Virus record (IMG/VR): IMGVR_UViG_3300044580_000130
Location: 1 to 44,942 of that record
DNA length: 44,942 bases
Strand: one strand, 5' to 3'
From: a virus
Lineage: Duplodnaviria > Caudoviricetes
The translations under genes and the position numbers were made by a program. The notes beneath the pieces were generated by a model. The model searched no databases and was not told the DNA's origin. It saw nothing but the letters and a program-made list of their open reading frames with translations. Shown here one piece after another: positions 1-9,718 of the stretch. Positions within the stretch are counted from its first letter, which is position 1; the number at the start of each line of letters is the position of its first letter.

Positions 1-1
1 G

Positions 2-868
2 ATCAACGCGTTTTACAATTGGGCGGTTTTCAATTCGATACCCGCCGATGCTCAGGCCTTATGGCACTTGCTGATGCAAATGAATAACAGGTGCGCCATC
101 AAGATCGGAGACGAATGGTTCTGGAAGGTCGAGTTCACAGTTCCCAATTCGACGCTGACATCAATACTGGCATTCTCCCGACAGCAATTGGACCGTATGA
201 GAAACGTCTTAATTCAGGCGGGTCGAATCGTGTATAAGAAAGGCAAAGGTAATCAATCAGGGAAATATCGCCTTATACCCTTTGACGCTAATTATGTTAC
301 ACAAACAGTTACACAACCTGTGACGCAATATGATACACAAACGGTTACACAAGTGTGGTCACAAACCGGGCGCGTGTGTAACATTATTGGCACATTAATA
401 AACAGTAATATTAATAATAAAAATAATATTTCTTTTTCTGGTGGTGATGGTGACGCGCGTGCGAGCGGAGAAAGCGCTCTTGGTGGAAAACCTGTGGAAA
501 ACGCGAAGAGCGGATATCTTGAAAATTTGGACAGCTATCTCGGGGTTACGCTTGAACTGAAATACGAATTGGCGGCTTATGTCAGCGGTTTGTTTATCAA
601 GTATTTCGGCCGGGCGGCAGCTGAGGCTGATATCGAGGCGGGGTTCGAATATCTCAAGAGCGAACCAAAGCAGGCTGACAGCCAGGGTAAGTATACGCTC
701 AACCTACCGGAGAATAAGAAAAAACTTTTGGAGCTCGCCTTTGCGGCTGCGCAAACGGCCGGCTGCCCGAACTGGAATTATGTCAGCGGGGTTTATAAGA
801 ATTTTCAGAGTCGCGGAATTAAGACCAAGGACGATTATCTAGACTATGAAGAGAGGCGCAATGCTTGA
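2..868 (+). CDS. Phage replication initiator/replisome organizer (5'-partial), DnaD-like C-terminus
   Basis: Frame is open from position 2 (INAFYNWAVFNSIPADAQALWHLLM); winged-helix-like N-terminus; C-terminal NWNYVSGVYKNFQSRGIKT resembles the DnaD motif; internal iterons. Confidence 0.8.
   Translation: MNAFYNWAVFNSIPADAQALWHLLMQMNNRCAIKIGDEWFWKVEFTVPNSTLTSILAFSRQQLDRMRNVLIQAGRIVYKKGKGNQSGKYRLIPFDANYVTQTVTQPVTQYDTQTVTQVWSQTGRVCNIIGTLINSNINNKNNISFSGGDGDARASGESALGGKPVENAKSGYLENLDSYLGVTLELKYELAAYVSGLFIKYFGRAAAEADIEAGFEYLKSEPKQADSQGKYTLNLPENKKKLLELAFAAAQTAGCPNWNYVSGVYKNFQSRGIKTKDDYLDYEERRNA
296..440. repeat. Putative phage replication origin: six 12-bp-period repeats plus AT-rich tract
   Basis: GTTACACAA-like units at 296, 308, 320, 332, 344 and 356; inverted copy TGTGTAAC at 375-382; AT-rich run at about 395-440. 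Confidence 0.7.
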
Positions 869-2922
869 TGAATAGAACTCAGACAAGCCTTTTCGAGGAA
901 ATCACGGTCGTAAACTTCGCCGGTGGCGGGGGTGCCGACACCGGCATATCTATCGCAACAGGATCACCGGTGACGATTGCCATCAACCACGACCCTGATG
1001 CGATTAGAATGCATCGGACAAATCACCCTTATACACAGCACCTGCAGGAAGATGTGTTTGAGGTCGACCCGGTTCAGGTGTGTGCCGGTCGCCCGGTCGG
1101 AATAGGTTGGTTTTCTCCGGACTGTACATACCACAGCAAGGCGCGTGGAGGAAAGCCGTTTGAAAAACCACTTGGAAAGAAAATTCGCGGCCTCGCATGG
1201 GTCATCGTCAAGTGGGCGCTAGCAGTTAAACCGAGGGTTATGTTCCTAGAGAACGTAGAGGAATTTCAAAACTGGGGACCGCTTGTGACCGGAGCGGACG
1301 GAAAAGACCGCCCAGATCCAGACCGCGCTGGTGAAACATTCATAGGATTCATTGCGATGCTGACAACAGGCATTGAAGCGGGACACCCGGCACTACTCGA
1401 AGCTTGCGAGTTCCTTCATATCGAGCCATACGGCCCGGAAGCTCAGAAGCTTATCAAAGGCCTCAGATACGATTATGACGGCTGGGAGCTTGTCGCGGCA
1501 GATTACGGGGTACCGACGATACGTAAACGTTTCTTTGGTTGCTTCCGCTGCGACGGGCAGCCAATCGTTAAGCCGGCGCCGACGCACTCGAAAGACGGGA
1601 AAAACGGACTTCCGAAATGGCGCAGCGCCGCTGAGATCATTGATTGGTCTATTCCGTGCCCTTCGATCTTCGCTAGCAAGGAGCAGATTAAAGCTGATTA
1701 CGGTGTCAACGCCGTCCGGCCTCTGGCGGACAACACACAGAAGCGGTGCATTCGTGGGGTGGACAAGTTCACGATCAAGAGCGGAAAGCCGTTTATCGTT
1801 GAAACAAACCACACATCGAGCATAACAGATTATGATTTCTTCCGTGGCGGAGATATTGACGAACCGATCGGAACCATAACAGCGTCGCAGGGCCGTGGAA
1901 TATGTGAACCAAAAATAACGCCGTTTACGATGTCCAATGTCACGAACGCCGCCGGTACAGACGCAAGGCAACCAGTCAATACAGCGCGGACAGGAGGCGG
2001 CTGCGGACAGATGCTCGTTACACCTTCGCTCATGGCTATTGGCCAGACAGGTGGCGGTGATCGGATACGCAGCGCTGACGAGCCGGTTAATACACAGGTA
2101 TCAAAAGCTGAGAGTTGTCTGATCGCACCTAACCTGATCCAGTACCATAGTGAGAAAATGCACGAGTATGTCAGAGGCCAGGGCATGTCCGATACGCTCA
2201 TGACGGTAGACGCGGCGAACCGCTACGGATTTGTGAGCGCTCAGCTGACGGAATATTTTAGCAATGGCAGAGCGATAAGCGTTACAGAACCAATGCACAC
2301 CGTCACGGGTCGGGACCGCGAGGCCATAACGCTGGCGCATATTGCTGAATTTCGTAGCGAGGACATAGGTTGCCCAGCAGATAATCCCCTTCGGACAGTT
2401 GCGTCACATGACCATGGCGCTGTATGCCTCTCGCATGTAATCAAATTCAAGGGAACGAACCTCGGTCAGAATCCCACAGACCCCTTACAGACGATTACCA
2501 GTGAAAGCGGCGGCGGGTCCTATGGCGTAGTGTATACGACGGTTGAACATTATCCGCCCGGCGCCGATATGAAGCACTGGCCCAAGATCAGAGCGCTTCT
2601 GAATCAGCACTGCGGTTATAACCTGGCGGCCGATGAAGTGATCCTACTCTGGATCAACGGCATTGCCTATTACATTGCTGATATCGGACTGCGCATGCTG
2701 ACGCCGCGCGAATTGTATAACGCCATGGGCTTCCCGGCTGATTACATCATCGACGTTGATTATCTCGGTAATCCTTATAGCAAATCGGCACAGGTCGCAC
2801 GATGCGGCAACGCGGTATGCCCGGCGGTGGCATCAGCTCTTGTTCGGGCGAATGTACCAGAAAAGGCAACGACGATCATCATATCGACAATGACAGAACT
2901 CTGGCAGCAGGTGGCGGTATGA
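865..2922 (+). CDS. DNA (cytosine-5) methyltransferase with a long repetitive variable region
   Basis: Motif I VNFAGGGGA, IV FSPDC, VI LENVEEF, VIII PTIRKRFF, IX/X LRMLTPREL...CGNAVCP. Confidence 0.92.
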   Translation: MMNRTQTSLFEEITVVNFAGGGGADTGISIATGSPVTIAINHDPDAIRMHRTNHPYTQHLQEDVFEVDPVQVCAGRPVGIGWFSPDCTYHSKARGGKPFEKPLGKKIRGLAWVIVKWALAVKPRVMFLENVEEFQNWGPLVTGADGKDRPDPDRAGETFIGFIAMLTTGIEAGHPALLEACEFLHIEPYGPEAQKLIKGLRYDYDGWELVAADYGVPTIRKRFFGCFRCDGQPIVKPAPTHSKDGKNGLPKWRSAAEIIDWSIPCPSIFASKEQIKADYGVNAVRPLADNTQKRCIRGVDKFTIKSGKPFIVETNHTSSITDYDFFRGGDIDEPIGTITASQGRGICEPKITPFTMSNVTNAAGTDARQPVNTARTGGGCGQMLVTPSLMAIGQTGGGDRIRSADEPVNTQVSKAESCLIAPNLIQYHSEKMHEYVRGQGMSDTLMTVDAANRYGFVSAQLTEYFSNGRAISVTEPMHTVTGRDREAITLAHIAEFRSEDIGCPADNPLRTVASHDHGAVCLSHVIKFKGTNLGQNPTDPLQTITSESGGGSYGVVYTTVEHYPPGADMKHWPKIRALLNQHCGYNLAADEVILLWINGIAYYIADIGLRMLTPRELYNAMGFPADYIIDVDYLGNPYSKSAQVARCGNAVCPAVASALVRANVPEKATTIIISTMTELWQQVAV

Positions 2923-3917
2923 CAATCGGACTGATTGACGTGGACGGGAGAAACTTTCCAAACCTGGTACTGATGAAAATCAGCGCTTACCACAAGAGTC
3001 TGGGGGATCGCGTGGAGTGGTATGACGCTGTGGAGGGCATCGGGCATTATCAGAATACAGGCTGCTATCTGTACGGGAAGGTATACATGAGCAAGGTTTT
3101 CACGTTTACGCCGGACTATGATACCGTGATCGCCGCCGCCCAAGTCATACGAGGCGGGACCGGATACCGAGACTTTACGCCGTTGCCAGACTATATCGAC
3201 AGGCTCCAGCCGGACTATACGCTGTATCCGGGCTTCACCGTCGATGTCGCAAAGAAAAAGGAACCGTTTGCCTTGGGATTTCTGACGCGGGGCTGCCCTA
3301 ACAGATGCCCGTGGTGCATCGTTCCAGAAAAAGAGGGCATGATTCGGCCTTATATGTCATGGGAGGAAATCAAGCGACCGGATAGCAGGGCAATGGTACT
3401 TATGGACAACAACGTCCTGGCCTGCAGTTGGGGGAAAGAGCAAATATTTGAGCTTGGGTTTCAGAACATATGGGTCGACTTCAATCAGGGGCTGGACGCA
3501 AGGCTCATTACGCCGTTTGTCGCCCGACTGCTGAAAAAGCTGAAATGGATACGGTTCATCCGTATGTCCTGTGATACGTCCGCGATGCTGCCGGTGATCG
3601 AGCAGGCAACGGCATACATGAGGGAGGCGGGAATCGGGCCGTCAAGGTTCTGGTGCTATGTTCTTGTGACAGACGTCGGGGAAGCGGAGCGCCGGGTCCT
3701 GACGCTGAGGGCGATGGGCGTGACGCCGTTCGCCCAGCCGTACCGGGCATATGACAACACGGAACCGACGGAAGAGCAAAAGCAATTCGCCCAATGGGTT
3801 AACAAAAAATCACAGTTCAACAGCTGCGAATGGAAGGACTATAAGAAGCCGGGGTGGAAAAAACAAAATGTTCATGTGCATGAAGCGGCTTGCCTGGGAG
3901 CAGGCCAAAGACCTTGA
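2919..3917 (+). CDS. Radical SAM protein
   Basis: TRGCPNRCPWC (CxxxCxxC), DNN and DFNQGLDARL; start re-assigned to ATG 2919, which overlaps the MTase stop (ATGA). Confidence 0.88.
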   Translation: MTIGLIDVDGRNFPNLVLMKISAYHKSLGDRVEWYDAVEGIGHYQNTGCYLYGKVYMSKVFTFTPDYDTVIAAAQVIRGGTGYRDFTPLPDYIDRLQPDYTLYPGFTVDVAKKKEPFALGFLTRGCPNRCPWCIVPEKEGMIRPYMSWEEIKRPDSRAMVLMDNNVLACSWGKEQIFELGFQNIWVDFNQGLDARLITPFVARLLKKLKWIRFIRMSCDTSAMLPVIEQATAYMREAGIGPSRFWCYVLVTDVGEAERRVLTLRAMGVTPFAQPYRAYDNTEPTEEQKQFAQWVNKKSQFNSCEWKDYKKPGWKKQNVHVHEAACLGAGQRP

Positions 3918-5157
3918 TTATAAAGAACAGTCTGCCGTCGAGGCAATTGGAAAAGCTCTGTCCGTCTGCAAACACGTACCGGCTATTGCCTTTTCAGGCG
4001 GCAAGGACAGCACGGTTCTATGGCATCTGATCAAAACGCACTTCCCCGAATGGCTTGACCGCATTGTTATCATCTTCGGAAACACCGGCGTTGAGTATCC
4101 AGAAAGCCTGAAATTTGCCCGGCAACTGGGCAAAGAGTGGGGCGGTGATAATTTCCATGAAACGAAACCGCTTAAAACCGAAACCGAAGGGCTGAAATAC
4201 GAGGCCCAGGTCCAGGTACTCCAATGGCTCATTGATGAGGGGCACGTATGGGAAGTCCTTCAGGATGACGGCAAACTGAAATCAACGGCCACGCTGGAAG
4301 CGGCCTGCCCTCCGCATCTGTATGAAAAATTCAAGAGGGAGCATCTGATCTGGCCAGTGGGGACACCAATGAATTATTGGTGGTGCGTCGATCAATACGG
4401 CTGGCCGCTACTCGGTAAGGCGTTTTCAAAGCTCAAGGCTCACCGAATCAACATTGACTGCTTCCTGAAGTACTCACAGAGCATGAGCGAAGACGAGAAG
4501 CTTCTGGCCTATTATGAAATTCTCCGGGAAGTGAAAATATCTCAGGCGTGCTGCGATATCCTGAAAAAGCAGCCAAGTGAAAAGTTGCAGGTGGAGCTGG
4601 ACGTCGATGTTATTTTTAAGGGGCTGATGGCTGCGGAGAGCCGGTCGCGGCAGACGAATTTTATATCGCGCGGGTACCTGTTTGAGTCAAGCCGTCCGCA
4701 TCTGGGAGACGATTCCTTTTACCATTGCAATCCGCTGTCGATATGGACTGATGACGACATTTGGGCGTACATACGAAAATACAACGTGCCATATTCTCCG
4801 CTGTATGACATGGGCTGGACGGACCAGAGCGGCATTCATCATAAAATACCGCGAAACGGCTGCATGGGCTGTGGAACTGATTTGCTTTACCCGAATAATC
4901 ATATGGCCATGCTGCGGCGAACGCATTACGCATGGTGGAAGTTGTTCATCAGCCAGGGCATGGGTGACGAGATCCGCAAGCTCCAACAGGCCAGAAAGAA
5001 CGGGCAGTGCTCAATCCTAGATATTTTTTCAACGGATCGGCTGATTGAAGAGCGGCCGTGTGCATTTGACCGCATTGACAAGATTATATTATCCGATGAC
5101 ACACAGGACGAAAATATGCTCTTTTATGATCCTGAAGAGGAATATGAAACGGCATGA
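3868..5157 (+). CDS. PAPS/APS-reductase family (PP-loop) protein with Fe-S cysteine motif
   Basis: AFSGGKDSTVL PP-loop, NTGVEYPE, CCDILKKQP and RNGCMGC; ATG 3868 with upstream GGGGTGG RBS. Confidence 0.9.
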   Translation: MFMCMKRLAWEQAKDLDYKEQSAVEAIGKALSVCKHVPAIAFSGGKDSTVLWHLIKTHFPEWLDRIVIIFGNTGVEYPESLKFARQLGKEWGGDNFHETKPLKTETEGLKYEAQVQVLQWLIDEGHVWEVLQDDGKLKSTATLEAACPPHLYEKFKREHLIWPVGTPMNYWWCVDQYGWPLLGKAFSKLKAHRINIDCFLKYSQSMSEDEKLLAYYEILREVKISQACCDILKKQPSEKLQVELDVDVIFKGLMAAESRSRQTNFISRGYLFESSRPHLGDDSFYHCNPLSIWTDDDIWAYIRKYNVPYSPLYDMGWTDQSGIHHKIPRNGCMGCGTDLLYPNNHMAMLRRTHYAWWKLFISQGMGDEIRKLQQARKNGQCSILDIFSTDRLIEERPCAFDRIDKIILSDDTQDENMLFYDPEEEYETA

Positions 5158-5300
5158 AAAATACGCCTGCGAGCAGCGGCGTTTTAATGCGTCTTATTTA
5201 TTATAATGCGATTGCCGCGAGGCTTGCGAGTTTCTGGACATATCCAGTCGCAGAGGCCTCACCTCCTGATTTAGTATATGCAAAGGGGGCTGTATTATGA
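5154..5300 (+). CDS. 48-aa hypothetical protein (not in ORF track)
   Basis: MKNTPASSGVLM...AKGAVL*; ATGA overlaps at both ends. Confidence 0.45.
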   Translation: MKNTPASSGVLMRLIYYNAIAARLASFWTYPVAEASPPDLVYAKGAVL

Positions 5301-5581
5301 ATGAAGTCACAACATGCGAGCGCTGCGGCATTAAGATAAGTACCGGCCCTCATGGGACACGAAGATTCTGCGACACCTGTGGAGTGGAAATGAATCGCGA
5401 CAGGGCGAGAGAACGCAGACGATCCCAAAAAGGTGATAAAGAAAAGTCGGTCATTTACCTAGATGATTACGAGATTCACTATACTATCGCGGAAATTAAC
5501 CGTATGGCGCAAGAGCAGGGGATTTCATACGGGCAGATGGCCAGTAAGCTAAAAGATGAAAGGCACTATAAAAATGCTTAA
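5297..5581 (+). CDS. Small zinc-finger phage protein
   Basis: CERC...CDTC and C-terminal GISYGQ; RBS AGGGGG. Confidence 0.75.
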   Translation: MNEVTTCERCGIKISTGPHGTRRFCDTCGVEMNRDRARERRRSQKGDKEKSVIYLDDYEIHYTIAEINRMAQEQGISYGQMASKLKDERHYKNA

Positions 5582-8081
5582 TTACATTGACTTCTTAAAA
5601 TCAAAAATCGATATTGCCCAGGATACCGGCATTGAAATATCTCCTGACGAGGTCAATCCAATATTGAAGCCGCATGAGCGTGATATTGTTCTTTGGCTAT
5701 GCAAAGGGGGAAAGAGAGCAGATTTCGCCAGCTTCGGCCTTGGCAAGACCCTGATCCAACTTGAAACCTGCAGACTGATTGTCAAGCACGTGGGCGGGAA
5801 GGCCCTCATTACCCTGCCGTTGGGCGTCAAACAGGAATTTACCCGTGACGCTGTCGAGTTGCTTGGTATTCCAGCGCCGGAGTATGTGCGGAATATGGCT
5901 GAAATTAAAGCCGCCGAGGGGGATATCCTGCTCACGAATTATGAGAGGGTAAGGGACGGTGATATAGATCCAACGTATTTTACAGTATGCTCACTGGACG
6001 AAGCGTCAAACCTCCGTTCCTATGGTTCCAAGTTTTTTCAGACTTCTCTGGACAAATTTAAAGGTGTCCAATATAAGTTCGTAAACACGGCAACGCCAGC
6101 ACCGAACAGATATAAGGAAATGATCCATTACGCCGGATTCCTTGAAATAATGGACACTGGACAGGCACTTACCCGATTCTTTCAGAGAGACAGCACAAAG
6201 GCAAATAATCTCACGCTTTACCCGCACAAGGTGAAAGAATTCTATCTATGGCTTTCCAGCTGGGCCCTGTTTGTTACGATGCCTTCTGACCTCGGATACT
6301 CGGACGATGGTTACGAACTGCCGTCGATGGAGGTCCGGTACCACAGGCTGGAGATCAGGCAGACGGCGCCGGTGGTCGACCGCGACGGTCAGCTGAAGAT
6401 TATGCGAGATGCTTCGGTTTCCCTTGCTGACGCAATGGCCATAAAAAAGGAAAGCATCAGCGAAAGGGTCGCCAAGGCTGCTGAAATAGTCAACTCGCAT
6501 CCGGAGGATCATTTTATTCTGTGGCATGACCTGGAGGACGAGCGCCGGGCAATTAAAAAGGCCTTGCCAGAAGTGATCGATATTTACGGCAGCCAGGATA
6601 TTGACCTGCGGGAGCAGCGCGTCATCGATTTCTCGGAGGGCCGAACTAAACTGTTCGCGACAAAAAAGGAACTCTCCGGCTCCGGCTGCAACTTTCAGAG
6701 GCACTGTCACAGGGCCATATTTGTAGGTATAGATTACGAATTCAATGATTTTATTCAGGCAATTCACAGGATATATCGTTTCCTACAGACGGAGAAGGTC
6801 ATTATTGACATCATCTATACCGATGGAGAGGATCAGATCCTTCGGGTCCTTCTTGAGAAGTGGAACCAATATAAAGAACTCACTAAGCAGATGACGGAGA
6901 TTATCAAAAAATACGGCCTGTCCAACATATCAATGATGGACAAACTGTCAAGGAGCATAGGAGTTGATCGAGTGGAGGTCAAGGGAGAATATTTCACAGC
7001 CATAAATAATGATTGTGTTCTGGAACTTGAAAAGATGGAGAGCAACAGCATTGGAGGAATATGCACCTCAATACCGTTTGGAAATCATTACGAGTATTCG
7101 GCCAGTTATAACGATTTCGGTTATAACGAAAACGATGATGTTTTCTTTGACCAGATGGACTACCTCACGCCACAGCTGCTCCGGGTGTTGAAGCCTGGGC
7201 GCATCGCCGGCATTCATGTTAAGGACCGTATTCTGTTCGGGAACGTGACAGGCGACAGTTTCCCCACGGTGGAGCCGTTTTCAGATATGACGGTTGCACA
7301 TTTCAGGAAGCACGGGTTCCGGTACATCGGGAGGATCCCGATTCTGACTGATGTTGTCAGGGAGAATGCTCAGACATATCGCCTCGGGTGGACAGAACAG
7401 TGCAAGGACGGGTCAAAAATGGGTGTCGGCTGCCCAGAATACCTCCTTCTGTTCCGGAAACTGCCGAGTGATCAGAGCAACGGATACGCAGATGAGCCGG
7501 TGGTCAAAGCAAAGGAAGAATATACCCGCGCACAATGGCAGATCGATGCGCATGCTTTCTGGAGGGATTCGGGAAACAGGTATCTTACAAAAGATGAGTT
7601 GCTGAACATACCTGTGGAAAGGCTGCAAGCCGTGTACCGGAAATTCTCAAGGGAAAATATCTACAGTTACGAAGAGCATGTGGCACTTGCTAAGGAACTC
7701 GACAGGACCGGGAAGCTACCGGCCGCGTTCATGGTCGTGGCGCCGGGCAGTTGGTCAGATACCATATGGGACGATATCAACCGCATGAAGACGCTCAACA
7801 CTTCGCAGAGCGCCAGACGCCAGCAGCTGCACGTCTGCCCCCTGCAGATCGACATTGTTGACCGGTTCATTATCCGTTTCACCAATCCTGGTGATGAGAT
7901 ACTGGATCCTTTCGCCGGAATATTCACGGTTCCGGTCAGGGCTATCAAGTTGGGACGTCGGGGGCGCGGGATCGAACTCAACACCGATTATTTCCGCGAC
8001 GGTGTCGGATACTGCCAGGCCGAGGAAGCGAAGCTCGATATACCAACATTGTTTGATCTGGAACTGGACGAGGCTATTTAG
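5574..8081 (+). CDS. SNF2-like helicase fused to an N4-C/N6-A (beta class) DNA methyltransferase
   Basis: FGLGKT, LDEAS, TATPAPN and QAIHRIYRF helicase motifs, followed by TSIPF (motif IV) and ILDPFAG (motif I). Confidence 0.88.
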   Translation: MLNYIDFLKSKIDIAQDTGIEISPDEVNPILKPHERDIVLWLCKGGKRADFASFGLGKTLIQLETCRLIVKHVGGKALITLPLGVKQEFTRDAVELLGIPAPEYVRNMAEIKAAEGDILLTNYERVRDGDIDPTYFTVCSLDEASNLRSYGSKFFQTSLDKFKGVQYKFVNTATPAPNRYKEMIHYAGFLEIMDTGQALTRFFQRDSTKANNLTLYPHKVKEFYLWLSSWALFVTMPSDLGYSDDGYELPSMEVRYHRLEIRQTAPVVDRDGQLKIMRDASVSLADAMAIKKESISERVAKAAEIVNSHPEDHFILWHDLEDERRAIKKALPEVIDIYGSQDIDLREQRVIDFSEGRTKLFATKKELSGSGCNFQRHCHRAIFVGIDYEFNDFIQAIHRIYRFLQTEKVIIDIIYTDGEDQILRVLLEKWNQYKELTKQMTEIIKKYGLSNISMMDKLSRSIGVDRVEVKGEYFTAINNDCVLELEKMESNSIGGICTSIPFGNHYEYSASYNDFGYNENDDVFFDQMDYLTPQLLRVLKPGRIAGIHVKDRILFGNVTGDSFPTVEPFSDMTVAHFRKHGFRYIGRIPILTDVVRENAQTYRLGWTEQCKDGSKMGVGCPEYLLLFRKLPSDQSNGYADEPVVKAKEEYTRAQWQIDAHAFWRDSGNRYLTKDELLNIPVERLQAVYRKFSRENIYSYEEHVALAKELDRTGKLPAAFMVVAPGSWSDTIWDDINRMKTLNTSQSARRQQLHVCPLQIDIVDRFIIRFTNPGDEILDPFAGIFTVPVRAIKLGRRGRGIELNTDYFRDGVGYCQAEEAKLDIPTLFDLELDEAI

Positions 8082-8096
8082 AAAGGAAGGTTTAAA

Positions 8097-8648
8097 ATGT
8101 CAAAAGCGTCAAACACGGCGCCTATACGGCATAGAGAGATAATGATCAATCGCAACGGAAAACCAGTATTTGCAGTTCGCATTGATCCTGAAGATGATGG
8201 CCGTAACGCTAGCTATGTTTTCGTAGAAAATGGAGACGTAAAATTTTCAACAAGTTGGATGGACAGTATCGCTCCGTTTGTTTTAGGAGATCGAAGTCAT
8301 GAAATCGCCAAAGAAATATTCACCATAGGACTTCAAGCTGCGGTGAAAGTTAAGGTGATGGAACTCATGCAGTTGCAGTCTATTCTTACTGATATCAATC
8401 TGCAGGAGTGCCTTGGCTCGGTGCTTGTTGATAATACAAAGCTTCTTTTAGAGGTCAAAGAAAGCGTCAGTCAAAGCCGCACAGATATACAGAATACGGT
8501 TAAAAGTAGCGTTGAAACTGCTATAACGAAATCCCAAGATGCGATAAAAGGAACCGTGGCAGCTGCGCTTGTAGAAACCATACAGCCGGTGGCAATAAAA
8601 AAGGACAAGCGGACATCTACGACCAGCGGCAACATGGAGGGTATATGA
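8097..8648 (+). CDS. Hypothetical protein
   Basis: 183-aa ORF, RBS AGGAAGG, overlaps the next start. Confidence 0.75.
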   Translation: MSKASNTAPIRHREIMINRNGKPVFAVRIDPEDDGRNASYVFVENGDVKFSTSWMDSIAPFVLGDRSHEIAKEIFTIGLQAAVKVKVMELMQLQSILTDINLQECLGSVLVDNTKLLLEVKESVSQSRTDIQNTVKSSVETAITKSQDAIKGTVAAALVETIQPVAIKKDKRTSTTSGNMEGI

Positions 8649-9718
8649 ACAAAACAAAGATTGATTGGGCTGATTACACGTGGAATCCCGTCACTGGCTG
8701 CCTGCATGATTGCTCCTATTGTTACGCGCGAAAACAATCCCTGCGTTTCACTGGGGATATGCGTTTGAATATGGCTGACCCGCGCTGCGAAGGTGACAAA
8801 GAAAAGGGGCTATACATACTCAGAAAGCCGTTTGTCACCCGCAACGGCCGTTCAATCAGTTATCCCTTCGGCTTCGCTCCGACGCTCCATGAATACCGCC
8901 TCGACTGGCCGGGGGACATAAAGAACGGAACCAACATATTTGTATGCTCCATGGCTGACCTGTTCGGTGAATGGGTATCTAATGAATGGATTGAACGAGT
9001 ATTCAATTCATGTGAAAAGTATCCACAGCACAATTACATGTTCCTCACGAAGAATCCGGGCAGATTTAAAGATTTCTTTTTAGCTCAAAAGCTTCACATA
9101 GCTGATAGCATGTGGTTTGGGTTCTCAATAGAAGATCAACACGCGTTAAACAAGTTGGCCATGGGGGCCAGGTGGCTCCCGCAAAATACATTTATCTCAA
9201 TTGAACCGATACACGGGCCGGTTGACTTAACCCGCATTGAACCGGACGGAAAAGACGCTTATCTGAATTTCTTAAATGGCGGACAGTATTGGTTCATGGG
9301 CGGCGATGATAAAGGGAAAAAACTGAAGTGGGTTATCGTCGGCGCTGAAACCGGGAACCGCAGAGGGAAGGTTATCCCGGAGCGGGAATGGATTACCAGC
9401 ATCGTGAAGCAGTGTCAGGCAGCTGGGGTACCGGTTTTCATGAAAGAATCCCTTCGTGAGCTCATGGGAAATGACTTTATACAGATGTTCCCCAATGAAT
9501 TGAATCGTCATTCAATGAGTAGAAAGCTAAAAGGAAAACTCTATACCCGCTGCTCCATCTGCAAGCAGGAACACAAAAAGAGCGACATGATGGCCCTGCT
9601 GGCCAGGGAGAAACGCGGCGCCGGCGCCAAAGCATTAGGATATGCCTGTATGCCATGCTTTGAGCGGCTGAAATCATGGCTGGAATCGGACAAGCCGATG
9701 GAGGTACAGATCGAATGA
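8645..9718 (+). CDS. DUF5131 (Gp37Gp68-like) radical-SAM-related protein with C-terminal Zn finger
   Basis: TKIDWADYTWNPVTGCLHDCSYCYA, IFVCSMADLF, FLTKNPGR, FISIEP, WVIVGAETG, GVPVFMK; C-terminal CSIC...CMPC. Confidence 0.88.
   Translation: MNKTKIDWADYTWNPVTGCLHDCSYCYARKQSLRFTGDMRLNMADPRCEGDKEKGLYILRKPFVTRNGRSISYPFGFAPTLHEYRLDWPGDIKNGTNIFVCSMADLFGEWVSNEWIERVFNSCEKYPQHNYMFLTKNPGRFKDFFLAQKLHIADSMWFGFSIEDQHALNKLAMGARWLPQNTFISIEPIHGPVDLTRIEPDGKDAYLNFLNGGQYWFMGGDDKGKKLKWVIVGAETGNRRGKVIPEREWITSIVKQCQAAGVPVFMKESLRELMGNDFIQMFPNELNRHSMSRKLKGKLYTRCSICKQEHKKSDMMALLAREKRGAGAKALGYACMPCFERLKSWLESDKPMEVQIE

Noticed and set aside
3851-3917. Programmed frameshift fusing radical SAM and PAPS-reductase at GGAAAAAAC
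   Set aside because: The downstream gene is in the +1 frame, not -1, and has its own RBS and ATG
3868-5157. Sulfate-assimilation cysH or a complete dnd operon
   Set aside because: No cys pathway genes and no dndB/D/E neighbours; only family-level similarity is supported
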